A stretch of DNA of 64,000 nt from an uncultured Myxococcaceae bacterium. GTDB taxonomy: Bacteria > Myxococcota > UBA727 > JABDBI01. Below are positions 18,277-29,541 of the stretch, piece by piece (position 1 is the first letter of the stretch; each line of letters begins with the position of its first letter). Under the pieces are notes generated by a model. That model worked only from the letters and a program-made list of their open reading frames with translations. It made no database searches and was not told where the DNA came from. The stretch spans positions 42,488-106,487 of the forward strand of contig CAZWPE010000006.1 of assembly GCA_964635635.1 (NCBI GenBank). The letters run 5' to 3'. Both the position numbers and the translations under genes were made by a program.

Positions 18277-21200
18277 TTATAACCCCTCTACGGCATCTCC
18301 TACCATTCGAAGCAGTTCGATTAACATCATACGCTCGCGGACATCCTCTTTTGAAGCCAGATTCCTGGTGTCATTAAGTATTAAATATCCTGGCGAAAGC
18401 TCTACCGAATCAAGGATCGAAGCTCTGTACTTCAGGTGACTACTTGGGTCCTCAAACAACACCTGCTTGTCTGCGGCGCTACGGCTTGGATCCTGTTTGC
18501 TACCAGCGAGGGTAATACGTGCACGTTTAGCGAAATCCAACTGACCATCCATTGGGCTTGTGAAATTAACCATTGGCATCAGTAGTCCATAATGGCGCAT
18601 TGCCCAGGAACTGCTCGATTTGATGCGCGGATAAGCCTCATTCTTTTTAGACAGTGTTACCAAAGGTCGATATTTAATCGTTGCCTTACCCTCCTCAACA
18701 ACCACCTCTGGGGAGTTTTCAAAATTTTTATCCAATACAAGATTAGTAAACAACCCAATCATCTCTGGCGCAAAAACCCTGTAATAACCTATCGAAAATG
18801 CTCCACGATTAAATTGGTCTGAAAAGTCTCGCATAAACCTGGCTCGACTATCCGTCAGTGCCTGCATTGCTAGAAGCTTGTCATACATATGACCAATGTT
18901 ATTTGGTTTGAAGAAGAAACCTTGGCTGTAATGAGTATCATAATATCTGCCTTGGTCTAAACCAATCTCGATTGGCTCTAAGCATTCCGAAACTTCTGAC
19001 TCTGGGACATAAAGCTTTTCTTTTGTAAGACAGTATTTTCCTGGTTCAACACTCTGCAATACTTTTCCAAAGAAGTTTAGCCCTTTATATGCCGCTGCAG
19101 ACCAATCTTGAACAAGCGGCCAAATACTCATGGACGTTTTGTGATAGTAGTACAGATACCTAAATGGGTTAAGCATAGGCCTATAGGTTCGGTCATACAG
19201 CCTAGCCATATAGTTTTCGGGACTGATAGAAATTCGATCTCGTCTAAAGCTATTAAGCCAGTAGTAGTTTTCATAAAGTTCAGCAGCATTGTCGACGATT
19301 TCTTCTGAAGAAGCCCCCATATCCCATCGATTGCAATTTAAAGACACGCCAGAAGCATAAGCATCTGAACAGTACTGATAAGGAACCTCAAAAAGGATTG
19401 GCTGACCTTTTTTACCAAAAAGCTTTCGTCCACTTGAAACATAAAGCTCTTGAAATGAGACATCTTTACGTTTGTAAAGATTTTCAGGTTTCGGCTCGAC
19501 ACCCAGGGACCTCACATCTACTACAGCATTCTCACCACGGTCATAAGCATCTTTGATATCTTGATAATGCGCTTTAAGACTCTCATTCACTCCCTGACCC
19601 GCATAGAGGTATGGCAGATCCTTATAGTGGAATAGTTTACTGTTGCTTGCCCAGTACGCTGGAACAAAGTCACCTCCAGACTGGTCAAACACCTCTACTT
19701 TATCACCGTAGCCGAATTTAATTGCAGCGCGGTCGTACAAACCAATGCCCGCAAAATCACTATTAAAGCGCTGCATATAATCCATGATTGATGAGTACTG
19801 GAGTTCTGATTTACGCTTCACGCCAGCCTTCCAGAAATCTGGAAAGAAATTCATTGCATCATATGAGCCCATGAAATTGTGTCTTAGACCTAATGTATGT
19901 CCTATCTCATGTGCAACAACGCCTTTGAATATGCTGGCCCTAATGTAGTGGTAGGCTTCCATCCATGACTTATCTCTCAGCTGTTCAGCTAAATCAGCGA
20001 CTTGAGGCTCCAAGATCTCAGCTGAGTAACATGCATTGTGCTTGCCCCAAAAATCCAGCTTCTGCTCAAAGGCATTCTGTTTAGCCTCCCACGCAGAAGG
20101 TATGAACTCCTTCAGAAGATACTTATTCTCGAGACCCAGTGGTTTTAAAAGCTCCCAGTTGCTTGGTGTTCCGTCAGGAATTTGAACCAAAAAATCTTCT
20201 TTTTTAAGATGCGCAGTTCTACTGCCTACTAAATTTTTAAAATCCTTGGCGACTTGAACAGAAACTGCCTTGGGGTCATCCCTCGTTAATTCGGCAAAGT
20301 TTGTTTTGCCATTAAGACCATAGACAATGTCTGCACCCATGCTTGCATAGGTATCCAAACTTGGACCATATAGATTAACAGAGGCCTGAATAATTTCTCC
20401 TGTGAGAGGGTCTGCAAAACTTGGGCCATACCCTAAAGGACCGGCTAATTCAGCCTTGTTGGTGTAGTTAATAATGCTGTACCGGACATCGCCCAATTGC
20501 TCCCAAGCAAATACTTTTGGAAGTTTGCGATCCAGGGAAATCCATTCCAGAACAGCGCAGATCTCTTCTAGATTGCCAACATCTATTTGTTCAACACCAT
20601 AGCGTTTCATCTCAGAATGAATGCCATTCTCTTCAACAAACTTCGAAATGTTCTGAGCATTACAAGTATTGCGACGAATCTGGAACATATCATCCACACC
20701 CGTCACAGCTTTAAATGCCGAGCTCCAATCCTTAGCAACCTCTTCAGCAGAAGAAATCAAATCTTCAGGGAATTGAACATTCAGATAGTAAATGATTGGT
20801 TTTGGTTTTGTCTTCTCTGCATCTCCCCATAGGTTCCAGCGATTGATGAGTTGTTCGCGTCCCGCAAGAGTAAACCCATGCTGACGATCAAAACGAAACT
20901 TCTCAGTTCTGAAATAACCAAACCGAGAAAAAACTGGGATCTGGTGTTGTTTACATTCATCTATGTTGTGACGAGAAGGGTCACAGATTTCTGTTCCAGA
21001 AGGCCCAGAATATGTCCAGAGTTCCTGCGTATTAACACAACCTTCTTCTCCTTTAACGCACAGCTCCTTGCCCTTTTGGCCATATTCCAAAGGAACAAAA
21101 TCTGGATACGACTTTTGTTCATAGGTACTTGGTTCAACCTTGCGAAATGACATTTTCATTTTCACGCGAGAGGCTGCGCAATTCCATTCACCAACAGCAT

Positions 21201-21798
21201 GACAAGCCGACTCGCTAGGTTTAACCAACGCTTCTTCTGTCAGCTCAATATAGTCTTTGCTCACACGGGCCCTGTAAGGCTCCCTCGGATTGGTATCCCG
21301 TCTTATTTGCGCAAAGCTCTGAGCAGTAAACCAGTCATTGCAATTAACATCTGGTGCTAGGTTTTTTGACCAATCAACAGACATGTATCGCCGCTGATGC
21401 CATTTTTTATCAAAATCGTTTTCAGAGATAACGTTGCTTTCTGCACCCGTTAGTTCATTGTACTCGCGCTTTGGCTCAAAATGCTTGCTGATTCGAAATG
21501 CCGCAAGCATATGCTGACTACCCGGATTACTTCCTTCTGTCCCCGGAACTTTTTCGTATGAACGATACGCATAAAGCATTTTCTCTGTGACTTCAAAACG
21601 AATGCGGTCATTTAAACAGGCACTACCAATAAATGAACTTGCATTATGATACTGCTTATCGACAATCGAAGTCCCAAGATACCATTCGCCCTTCAAAGCT
21701 TCCTTATCAACATATCCACCGCCAACACGGTTAATATCTTTCGCTACCTGACAGGAGCTAAGAACTAAGATCAAAGATGTAATACCCAATATTCTCAT
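18277..21798 (-). CDS. Zinc-dependent metalloprotease (Met-zincin) lipoprotein
   Basis: Lipobox LSS-C; HEIGHTLGLRH zinc motif; SSIMDY Met-turn. Confidence 0.85.
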   Translation of the reverse strand: MRILGITSLILVLSSCQVAKDINRVGGGYVDKEALKGEWYLGTSIVDKQYHNASSFIGSACLNDRIRFEVTEKMLYAYRSYEKVPGTEGSNPGSQHMLAAFRISKHFEPKREYNELTGAESNVISENDFDKKWHQRRYMSVDWSKNLAPDVNCNDWFTAQSFAQIRRDTNPREPYRARVSKDYIELTEEALVKPSESACHAVGEWNCAASRVKMKMSFRKVEPSTYEQKSYPDFVPLEYGQKGKELCVKGEEGCVNTQELWTYSGPSGTEICDPSRHNIDECKQHQIPVFSRFGYFRTEKFRFDRQHGFTLAGREQLINRWNLWGDAEKTKPKPIIYYLNVQFPEDLISSAEEVAKDWSSAFKAVTGVDDMFQIRRNTCNAQNISKFVEENGIHSEMKRYGVEQIDVGNLEEICAVLEWISLDRKLPKVFAWEQLGDVRYSIINYTNKAELAGPLGYGPSFADPLTGEIIQASVNLYGPSLDTYASMGADIVYGLNGKTNFAELTRDDPKAVSVQVAKDFKNLVGSRTAHLKKEDFLVQIPDGTPSNWELLKPLGLENKYLLKEFIPSAWEAKQNAFEQKLDFWGKHNACYSAEILEPQVADLAEQLRDKSWMEAYHYIRASIFKGVVAHEIGHTLGLRHNFMGSYDAMNFFPDFWKAGVKRKSELQYSSIMDYMQRFNSDFAGIGLYDRAAIKFGYGDKVEVFDQSGGDFVPAYWASNSKLFHYKDLPYLYAGQGVNESLKAHYQDIKDAYDRGENAVVDVRSLGVEPKPENLYKRKDVSFQELYVSSGRKLFGKKGQPILFEVPYQYCSDAYASGVSLNCNRWDMGASSEEIVDNAAELYENYYWLNSFRRDRISISPENYMARLYDRTYRPMLNPFRYLYYYHKTSMSIWPLVQDWSAAAYKGLNFFGKVLQSVEPGKYCLTKEKLYVPESEVSECLEPIEIGLDQGRYYDTHYSQGFFFKPNNIGHMYDKLLAMQALTDSRARFMRDFSDQFNRGAFSIGYYRVFAPEMIGLFTNLVLDKNFENSPEVVVEEGKATIKYRPLVTLSKKNEAYPRIKSSSSWAMRHYGLLMPMVNFTSPMDGQLDFAKRARITLAGSKQDPSRSAADKQVLFEDPSSHLKYRASILDSVELSPGYLILNDTRNLASKEDVRERMMLIELLRMVGDAVEGL

Positions 21799-21808
21799 TT
21801 CTATGCTC

Positions 21809-24800
21809 CTAGTTCAAAGAAGTGTACCGATGATAAAATCTTCGGATATCATCCACAAACCCAACCGCGTTTTCAAGTTCTACTCGTTTATCGTCAATTT
21901 TGAGTTTAAGTTCTCTTGCTGAACACTCTTGGTAGAATGGCTCTTTACATTTAGCATTCGAAGCAGAACAACAGTCTCCATCCACTGACCGAACAATACA
22001 CTTACAAGACTGCTGTGCTTTTTTATACTCAGCGTCATCGCTACACTTTTGAAGAACCCCTAATTCATCCTTGATTTGGTTTAGTTTTTTCAAATAGTCG
22101 TAGGCAGTTGATGAATAGCCTGACTTAATAGCCCAATAACTGTGATTGCTATACGGATGCACGAAAGTTATTTTAGCGCTGTCACTCGTAATATAATCTC
22201 CTCGAATATCGTCAGAATCTCCTTCCATGCCAATGCGAAGTGAGTGGATGGGGTTGAGCTCAGTTCCTTGCTGGACTGACAGTAAAGCCGTTTGGTAAAA
22301 GAGAGCTCTATAAGAAAGCATATTTGCAGTAGCAGGCATAACCGGCACAAATCCTGCATAGTCAGCCTTCTTCAAAGTGTTGACTTCAAGAATATTGCGA
22401 TGGGTTAAATCACCTTTCGAATCCATAAGTGGCCCCAAAGCTTCCCAATCTGAACGAATCATTTTGGAAAAAATATCTGAGACTTCGGCAGGGAAGAGAC
22501 GATACCAGCTCATTTTGAAGAGACGGTTATCTTTAAGGTTGTCTACTCTTGGGAAGACACTTCCAGCAGGTGTCGACAAGAAGTAGCTGGCATACATTTT
22601 CGCATAGAAACTTCCAACGTAGTTTAAATGGTACTCTTCGTAGTCATTGTTCAAGCCAAAAGAAAATGGTCTACCATCTCCTAAAAAGACAGTTCCATAG
22701 CTATGCCCAGGTACCGCACTCAACTCTTTCTTTGAATTCTCAACTGTCACATTTTCGAGAGTACAGTCATCAAGATCATCAACCGGCCGCATGATACCGG
22801 GCTTGTCATGTGTTGTTAGATGAGCACCAGAAACAGGGTGACCTAACACATGCGAATAATGGTTAAGGCCTGTTGCCACAGCAGCGAGGTAGTCTTTGCC
22901 TGCATCGGATTCTTTGAACCCTGGGTAGGTCAAGCTGTAATATCCATACCAACGCATAATCTGATTAAAGTCTTCAAAGATTCCAAGATCTCTGGAAACA
23001 ACATTCGACATGTCTGTATCGAGATTCCAAATACGATTCCGAGCAAAGTGAGTCAGATAATAGTGCGTCCAGTATTCTGTTCGATTTCTTGCAGCTCTTC
23101 CGCGCATGTCAGCACCAAAATCGAATGCTCTACAAATACTGTCAAACGTTCCACTTGAATCAATACAGAACCTATAAGGTACCCGGTCTGCAATCTGAGC
23201 CCCACGTTCATATTTCACCCATTCTCGTTTGTTAATTGAATCTTCATTAGGCACGAATCCTTTGGGAATTTTTTTCCAATCATTCAAGAATAGCCAGCGC
23301 TTCGTATCTTTCTTTGCCTCGGTTGAAAGCGACCCAGCAGGAAATTTCTCAACGAGTTGACCATATCCAAAGAAAATTGCGGCTTTGTCATATTTCCCCA
23401 AACCAGCCAAATCTGCATTCCACGAAGGTAAATAGTCCATGATTGAGGAATACATAAACTCTGGTTGCCTCAGACAATCTTGCGTTGAGATCAATCCACC
23501 GAAAGCGGCTTTTGAATCTTGTGCACACGAACGAAGAGCTTTGATGAGCGCAGAATCCTCATCCAGCACAACACCCGCGAGAGCAAGAGCATCCGGAATC
23601 TTCGGAGGCAACTTCTGGCCTCTCCAAAAATCAGGATGATAGTTGAGCGGATCTGCTGAACCAGCCATATTATGAGTTAAGCCCATATTATGCCCCACTT
23701 CGTGAAGCATCGTTGCCATATAAATTGACTCTCGAATCTTCATGAATCTAGATTTTGATGACTCATTCTTGTACTGAAACGCCATTCCAATCGCCAAATT
23801 ATCTACAAATTCGGGAGGGTCAGACACAGTCATTGCTTGTTTGTGGAAACGAGACTCTCGCTTAAAATAGTCTTTAAGCGGATCTATTTTTTCAAGATGC
23901 AACTTGCTTACCAAAGGCGTGTGATTAACTGCCGCGAGTCTTGAATCTACTTCTTCTGAAGACATGCGTTCCACAGACTGTTTTGCCAAATGCCGATTGA
24001 TTTTTTGCATTGCGTCATCATTTGGCAACATCATTTCATCGTGTTTGATCCTTGAAACCGTTTGTGCCACATGACGCTGAACATCAGACCCTAAAATGAG
24101 GTCCCTGAACTTTGCCTTACCCATCATCAGATCAATCAGTTCAGACGCTTGTTGAGCTCGCCTATCGATGTACCAAAGATTCACATTTGCTTGAGACTGA
24201 ATAATCTCACCCGTCTCCATATCCGCAAACATCGGGCCCAAACCACTCCAGTTGGTAAAAACACGCTTACTAACAAGATTCAGAAGATTGTATCGAAGAT
24301 CACCCGAGCGTTGGTATCTAAATGGCGTCTTACTATCTTTTGTTTCGTATTCCAGTGCGGCACACATGCTTTCAAGATCTTCGAGTGCTGCTGTCTCAAT
24401 TTGATGATTTTCAGAAAACGACTTATCCGAGCTCATATTATTGGCTAAATCAATTCTCTTACGAATATCGCCCAAGCTTTTCTTAGATAAATCTTCGACT
24501 CTAGATTTTAAATCACCTTGCAGAATTTCCTCAAGATTTTCCAATCGACAATCATTCTCTCGCAGAATCCACATATTTGGAACTTCATCAAGTTTTTTGA
24601 ACTTTTCTCGTTTCATTTGGAACACAAGTTCACGAAACACTTTGTTCCACTCTGATTCAACACGACGAGATGCGTTCAACAAAGACTTTGGATGCGTAAC
24701 ACTTGTGTAATAAATGATTGGTTTCGGAGAACCATCATCATTCCAGATATTAAATCTTGTAACACTCTTGTTCTTATTTTTCTCAAGTGACCCGCGTTGA

Positions 24801-25657
24801 TTGTCCCATTTCTGTTGGCCATAAAATGACGTTCTATAGAAACCAAACTGGTCAAACAAATCATCTTCGTAGTTGAGAGCCTGATAATTAGATTTCTCAG
24901 GTTTCTTCATAAATGAGTAGCGAATATCGAATACTGGAGCTGCTTCATCCATTTGGAACGGCTCCCCATAGTAACTGTAGTACTGTAGGACATCGACTTT
25001 CACACCCTGGCGCGTGGTGATTTCAAAGTATCCATCTTCAAACCTAGAGCGCTTTGGATTTGACGGGTTGTTTTGATCAATTGCGAAAGCGTTATCCCTG
25101 TCAATATGATCTGAGCTCCAAAAACTATAAGTCTCATCGGATCGTTTCAAGTCTTCCACCACGTTTTGACTGAAATCAATCTTCATGAACCTGCGCTTGT
25201 ACCAAGAACGATCACTCGTATTTTCAACGATCAGATTTCCCTTAGCGCTTGTCATAGGGTCATAGTTTTTACCGATATCTAGATGGCTCAGGATTTTAAA
25301 GGCAACAATCGGAGCGCCTCGATACACCTCTTTCCCACCTGCGCTAAGCTCTCCCTCGCTTCCGGGAACAGAAGAGTGAGCCCGCCAGCCAATTAGATAT
25401 TTTTCAGTAATATCCCAACGAATAACTTCGGGGTGTAGCCATGTCCCTTCCGCCATTGACAACGCTTGTGATGCCGCTGGAGTATCCACAACGGTCATTC
25501 GGTAATACCACTCAGGACTCAATTTTCCGCTCTCCCAGTTTGGATTAAACTGAGACTTGTCATAAAAGTTATCAACGACACGATTAATGGGGCTGTTGCG
25601 TTTAGAACACGACAACACAAGCAGTATTAAAAGCAAAGTCCATTTTACATGCTTCAT
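21809..25657 (-). CDS. Zinc-dependent metalloprotease (Met-zincin) lipoprotein, paralog
   Basis: Lipobox VLS-C; HEVGHNMGLTH; SSIMDY; shared GDLRY and N-terminal YYRMTVVD architecture. Confidence 0.85.
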   Translation of the reverse strand: MKHVKWTLLLILLVLSCSKRNSPINRVVDNFYDKSQFNPNWESGKLSPEWYYRMTVVDTPAASQALSMAEGTWLHPEVIRWDITEKYLIGWRAHSSVPGSEGELSAGGKEVYRGAPIVAFKILSHLDIGKNYDPMTSAKGNLIVENTSDRSWYKRRFMKIDFSQNVVEDLKRSDETYSFWSSDHIDRDNAFAIDQNNPSNPKRSRFEDGYFEITTRQGVKVDVLQYYSYYGEPFQMDEAAPVFDIRYSFMKKPEKSNYQALNYEDDLFDQFGFYRTSFYGQQKWDNQRGSLEKNKNKSVTRFNIWNDDGSPKPIIYYTSVTHPKSLLNASRRVESEWNKVFRELVFQMKREKFKKLDEVPNMWILRENDCRLENLEEILQGDLKSRVEDLSKKSLGDIRKRIDLANNMSSDKSFSENHQIETAALEDLESMCAALEYETKDSKTPFRYQRSGDLRYNLLNLVSKRVFTNWSGLGPMFADMETGEIIQSQANVNLWYIDRRAQQASELIDLMMGKAKFRDLILGSDVQRHVAQTVSRIKHDEMMLPNDDAMQKINRHLAKQSVERMSSEEVDSRLAAVNHTPLVSKLHLEKIDPLKDYFKRESRFHKQAMTVSDPPEFVDNLAIGMAFQYKNESSKSRFMKIRESIYMATMLHEVGHNMGLTHNMAGSADPLNYHPDFWRGQKLPPKIPDALALAGVVLDEDSALIKALRSCAQDSKAAFGGLISTQDCLRQPEFMYSSIMDYLPSWNADLAGLGKYDKAAIFFGYGQLVEKFPAGSLSTEAKKDTKRWLFLNDWKKIPKGFVPNEDSINKREWVKYERGAQIADRVPYRFCIDSSGTFDSICRAFDFGADMRGRAARNRTEYWTHYYLTHFARNRIWNLDTDMSNVVSRDLGIFEDFNQIMRWYGYYSLTYPGFKESDAGKDYLAAVATGLNHYSHVLGHPVSGAHLTTHDKPGIMRPVDDLDDCTLENVTVENSKKELSAVPGHSYGTVFLGDGRPFSFGLNNDYEEYHLNYVGSFYAKMYASYFLSTPAGSVFPRVDNLKDNRLFKMSWYRLFPAEVSDIFSKMIRSDWEALGPLMDSKGDLTHRNILEVNTLKKADYAGFVPVMPATANMLSYRALFYQTALLSVQQGTELNPIHSLRIGMEGDSDDIRGDYITSDSAKITFVHPYSNHSYWAIKSGYSSTAYDYLKKLNQIKDELGVLQKCSDDAEYKKAQQSCKCIVRSVDGDCCSASNAKCKEPFYQECSARELKLKIDDKRVELENAVGFVDDIRRFYHRYTSLN

Positions 25658-25658
25658 C

Positions 25659-26687
25659 TTAAATCCCTACGGTTGCTTGGAGAAAAAACTGGGTTTGATT
25701 GTTGCTCGGTGTCGCGAAATCAAAGAATGGAAATGCTAAATCTCCACTCCGAGTATAAGCTGCCTGCATGCTCATCACGCCGGCTGACAACGATAAGTCT
25801 GTTTGAATAGGTACGCGGTACCCATATGAAATACGCCCTAAGGTTGCCTCGGTAAAACTTTGGCTCGACGAATTATCTGCATGAAGCTGTGGTTTATCTG
25901 CCAACGGCCTTAAGAAGTTGATAAACCAACCGAGGCCCAAACCCACAGAGTGTGTTTTGTTCGACCAACCCAAAGACCACATATTGTTGAGGCCCAACAT
26001 CGTTTGACGACCAGCGATTCGGCATGTCCCATTACCCAAGTCATCCTCATAATTTTTAACAATCGCCAATCCCTGGATCACTTGACCAACATCTTGTTCA
26101 ATATTTTGTGGATTAATGACGGTTCCAGGAAGTTTTTCACATGGTGCGCTGATCGAACTATCCGAATATATCCAACCTGTTAGCGACGGTGTCCAGCCTG
26201 CTGAAAATCCCCATTTAGACCATCGCATCGGGATATTAAAACCAAGCCCCATCACCCGATTAATCTTCTGTGACAAATACGACACCGGTGCGTTCAGCGT
26301 TACCCCAGCACCAAAAGATAAGCCTGTCTGCTCATGTCTTAAAATTGTCGGCATAAATGCTTCAAGATTGAGATCCGAGAGTGAAATCCGGTTATCAAAA
26401 TCAGAAGCAGTCGTATTGTAGGAGCTTAACCACCAAAAACCAATTATCTCTGAAGCTGAAAGCGTAATCTCTGGCATCCCCCAGAATTTCGGCAGCCTAT
26501 AAGTTGGATTAATTGCAATCGAGGTCGACCATGATGGCTCATTTGAGTAACCGGCCACAAATGTTCCAATGCCTACCGAGTTCCCCAGTGAACTCGATAA
26601 GCCCCAGCGTTTCTCTAACTCCTCATCCTGGGCATACAGAATCCCAGAAACCGACAAAGCTAGAAACAATCGAGATAATAAGACCAT
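25659..26687 (-). CDS. Putative outer-membrane beta-barrel protein
   Basis: Signal peptide …GILYA|QD; alternating amphipathic strands; C-terminal FFLQATVGI; start uncertain (ORF extends to 26744). Confidence 0.5.
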   Translation of the reverse strand: MVLLSRLFLALSVSGILYAQDEELEKRWGLSSSLGNSVGIGTFVAGYSNEPSWSTSIAINPTYRLPKFWGMPEITLSASEIIGFWWLSSYNTTASDFDNRISLSDLNLEAFMPTILRHEQTGLSFGAGVTLNAPVSYLSQKINRVMGLGFNIPMRWSKWGFSAGWTPSLTGWIYSDSSISAPCEKLPGTVINPQNIEQDVGQVIQGLAIVKNYEDDLGNGTCRIAGRQTMLGLNNMWSLGWSNKTHSVGLGLGWFINFLRPLADKPQLHADNSSSQSFTEATLGRISYGYRVPIQTDLSLSAGVMSMQAAYTRSGDLAFPFFDFATPSNNQTQFFLQATVGI

Positions 26688-26771
26688 CAACGGGTTCCAA
26701 CAACCAAAGAGCCCGCCGTATTCCTTTCCAAAAATACTTGTCAAACGCTATAACAACACTGAGGTGATTAG

Positions 26772-27392
26772 ATGACACAACCTACTCCATCAGAAGCTCT
26801 CGAACGATTAAAAGAAGGCAATAAGCGTTTTACCAGCGGTGTAAAATCCGTAGAGTCACTACTCGCCTATTCCAAAATGGCAGAACTTGCCGAAAAAGGA
26901 CAAACTCCTTTTGCCATTATTCTGACCTGTTCAGATTCGCGAAGCCCAGTCGAGCTGATATTCGATGAAGGTCTTGGAGATCTATTTGTTGTACGCGTTG
27001 CAGGGAATGTCGTGGCACCGAGTTTAATTGCAAGCATGGAATTTGCGGTCGCAAACTTTCATTCCGCTGTTGTTGTTGTTCTTGGACACACCAAATGCGG
27101 TGCTGTAGATGCATGCGTCAAGCACGTTGAAAATCCAGGACAAGAACTCCCTTCAGTGCATCTAGAAGAGCTGGTTGGCAGGATTAGACCTGCGGTAGAA
27201 AAAACACTGGCCCGAGTTAAAACAAACCACAAAGAAAAAGTAGAAAGTTCGATTATAGAGAATATTTTTAGAAGTCGAACTCTTTTACTTGATCAAAGCA
27301 AAATTATCCGAGATGCAGTCGCGAGCAAAAAGCTTTTAGTAGAACCAGCTGTCCTAGACATTCAAACAGGGATTGTTAAGTTTTTATCTTAG
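26772..27392 (+). CDS. Beta-class carbonic anhydrase
   Basis: LTCSDSR, RVAGN, LGHTKCGAV zinc ligands. Confidence 0.95.
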   Translation: MTQPTPSEALERLKEGNKRFTSGVKSVESLLAYSKMAELAEKGQTPFAIILTCSDSRSPVELIFDEGLGDLFVVRVAGNVVAPSLIASMEFAVANFHSAVVVVLGHTKCGAVDACVKHVENPGQELPSVHLEELVGRIRPAVEKTLARVKTNHKEKVESSIIENIFRSRTLLLDQSKIIRDAVASKKLLVEPAVLDIQTGIVKFLS

Positions 27393-27394
27393 AG

Positions 27395-28156
27395 ATGACT
27401 ATGTACCGATTAGACCGCGAAAAATTTACAGCCAAGCCTTATGTATTCTTATGGGCACTTTTAGGATTCCAAGCTGGTTTCATTAACGCCTTTGGTTTTC
27501 TTTCTTGTGGTCGTTACGTTTCTCATGTCACTGGCTTTGGAACGCAAATCGGTGTTTCACTCGCGAGCTCACATTTTTGGTTTGCTCTGGAGCTCTTAGG
27601 CTTTCCTTTGTCCTTTATATTGGGAGCATTTACAAGCGGAGTGTTAACCATTGCTCGGATTGAACGTCAACAAAGACCCCATTTTGAGCTTTTAATCGCC
27701 GCAATGCCAGTCATTATACTTTTTTTGGTTTTTTTAGGAACCACAGGGTTATTTGGTCCTTTTGGAGAGCATTTGGTAAGTATCCGTGATTTCGTTTTGC
27801 TCTTTTCTCTCTCGTTTCTATGCGGACTTCAAAATGCCTGTTTTGCAATTATGACCAGAGGACAAATTCGCACAACACATTTAACTGGCATCAGCACCGA
27901 TATTGGTTCTGAACTTGCGCGCATTCACCTCGGAAAACTGAGCGGAAAAGAGCTTGAAATTAGTCAGAGAGCCAACTTCTCTCGGATAGCAACATTCGTT
28001 GCCTTTGCAAGCGGTTCAATTATCTCTGTAATTGTGTGTCAAAGAATCAATTATCTTGGCCTGCTTGTACCATTTTGCACTTCGATTGTTGTCTTGTTCT
28101 CAGTGCGACTTGTCACCCGATTTCTGGACATGCAAGAACTCAACGGGAAATCGTAG
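27395..28156 (+). CDS. YoaK/DUF1275 family membrane protein
   Basis: AGFINAFGFL, SHVTG, GLQNA, RTTHLTG motifs; multiple TM segments. Confidence 0.85.
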   Translation: MTMYRLDREKFTAKPYVFLWALLGFQAGFINAFGFLSCGRYVSHVTGFGTQIGVSLASSHFWFALELLGFPLSFILGAFTSGVLTIARIERQQRPHFELLIAAMPVIILFLVFLGTTGLFGPFGEHLVSIRDFVLLFSLSFLCGLQNACFAIMTRGQIRTTHLTGISTDIGSELARIHLGKLSGKELEISQRANFSRIATFVAFASGSIISVIVCQRINYLGLLVPFCTSIVVLFSVRLVTRFLDMQELNGKS

Positions 28157-28967
28157 CAATATCTTGGTGAATCTGGTTTTTTAACGCCTCAGCTGACTCG
28201 AACTTCATTTCAGGACGAATAAAACTTAGCAGTTCAATCTCAATGTGCTTTCCATAGATATCTTCTGCGAAGTCCAAGAAGTGCGTTTCTACAAAAGTCT
28301 GAGCGTCTCCACCAAACGTGGGCCGATGTCCAATATTGGTCACGCCTTTAACGCTCCCCCAACGGACTTCATAAACCCCGCAAGGTGGTAAAACTTCCTG
28401 TTCAACTGCTAAATTCGCCGTAGGAAAGCCAAGTTGATGCCCACGCTTAGAACCATGTGTCACAATACCCGTGAGAGAGAATGGACGTCCCAGGAACTGG
28501 GACGCCTTCACCAGATCACCGTTCTTGATTGCCTCACGAATCGCACTTGATGAACAAAGCTCACCATCAACCATCACCGGCTCTATAATATGAGCCTTGA
28601 TCTTGCTTTCTGCTTTGAGTGTATCGATGTTGCCTGATGCTTTGAAGCCAAATGCAAAATCTGGGCCCACAAAAACATGTTCCGCCCTCAAATCTCGAAC
28701 TAAAATCTGATCCATAAACTCCTGTGGAGTCCGTGCAGCAAACTCAGGTGTAAATTCTTGAAATACCACCCGGTCAATTCCGAGTCTAAGGATGCCTTGT
28801 TTTTTGAACTGGTCAGACATCAACCGCGGCGCATTTCTAGGATGGGGTGTAAATGTAAAAGCCACCGACTCAACACCCAAATTTTGGGCTAAGTCAGCGG
28901 CTTTTTTCAACAAAACCTGATGGCCTAAATGAAGACCATCAAAGTTTCCAATCGCAACAACGCTCAA
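28140..28967 (-). CDS. ribF: Riboflavin kinase / FAD synthetase
   Basis: [48 protein letters not shown]. Confidence 0.95.
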   Translation of the reverse strand: MSVVAIGNFDGLHLGHQVLLKKAADLAQNLGVESVAFTFTPHPRNAPRLMSDQFKKQGILRLGIDRVVFQEFTPEFAARTPQEFMDQILVRDLRAEHVFVGPDFAFGFKASGNIDTLKAESKIKAHIIEPVMVDGELCSSSAIREAIKNGDLVKASQFLGRPFSLTGIVTHGSKRGHQLGFPTANLAVEQEVLPPCGVYEVRWGSVKGVTNIGHRPTFGGDAQTFVETHFLDFAEDIYGKHIEIELLSFIRPEMKFESAEALKNQIHQDIATISR

Positions 28968-29173
28968 GGTGTACCTTTCATGGGGACACGTTTTTCACGT
29001 TTGCGAGCACGAGCCTCAGCGGCGCGGGCTTTAAGCTTTTTCTTCACGGAGGGTTTGACGTAGTGTTCACGCTTTCTGACTTCTTTGAGAACGCCAGATT
29101 GCTCTACTTTACGTTTAAAACGCTTCAAGGCTCGTTCAATGGACTCGCCTTCTTTTACAGCTACTTTGGTCAA
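28964..29173 (-). CDS. rpsU: 30S ribosomal protein S21
   Basis: [16 protein letters not shown]…KREHYVKPS; TTG start after GGAGGTG SD. Confidence 0.95.
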   Translation of the reverse strand: MTKVAVKEGESIERALKRFKRKVEQSGVLKEVRKREHYVKPSVKKKLKARAAEARARKREKRVPMKGTP

Positions 29174-29250
29174 GATTATCACCTCCTTTTTAGACCCTAG
29201 TCATCTAACAAAGGCACCCAGTCTTGGCAAGAGCCTGATCGAAATAAAAT

Positions 29251-29280
29251 TTGACCAAATAAGTACTTTTATGGTACATT
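29251..29280 (+). promoter_or_regulatory. yefM-yoeB promoter with two GTAC-core palindromes
   Basis: TTGACC…TACATT; GTAC cores at 29263 and 29274, reminiscent of the TGTACA operator cores of E. coli yefM-yoeB. Confidence 0.5.
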
Positions 29281-29286
29281 TCTAGC

Positions 29287-29541
29287 ATGGATGCAATAAC
29301 CTATACTCAAGCCAGACAGAACTTCAGGAAGGCAATGAAAAAAGTCTGCGATGACCATGCACCCATGATCATCACCCGTCAGAGTGAACCTCCTGTGGTG
29401 ATGATGTCACTTGAAGATTTTAATGCTTGGGAAGAAACCATGTATCTACTGAGAAGTCCTGCCAATGCAACCAAGTTATTGAAGGCCATTGATGATGTTC
29501 GAAAAGGCAAGGTAGAAGCACATGATCTTATTCCATCCTGA
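29287..29541 (+). CDS. yefM: YefM/Phd antitoxin
   Basis: ITYTQARQNF, IITRQ, VMMSLEDFNAWEETMYLLRSPANA. Confidence 0.95.
   Translation: MDAITYTQARQNFRKAMKKVCDDHAPMIITRQSEPPVVMMSLEDFNAWEETMYLLRSPANATKLLKAIDDVRKGKVEAHDLIPS

Noticed and set aside
18592-24864. Numerous 60-120 aa ORFs antisense to or overlapping long genes (here and throughout the window)
   Set aside because: Shadow ORFs with no recognisable motifs, opposite well-supported genes
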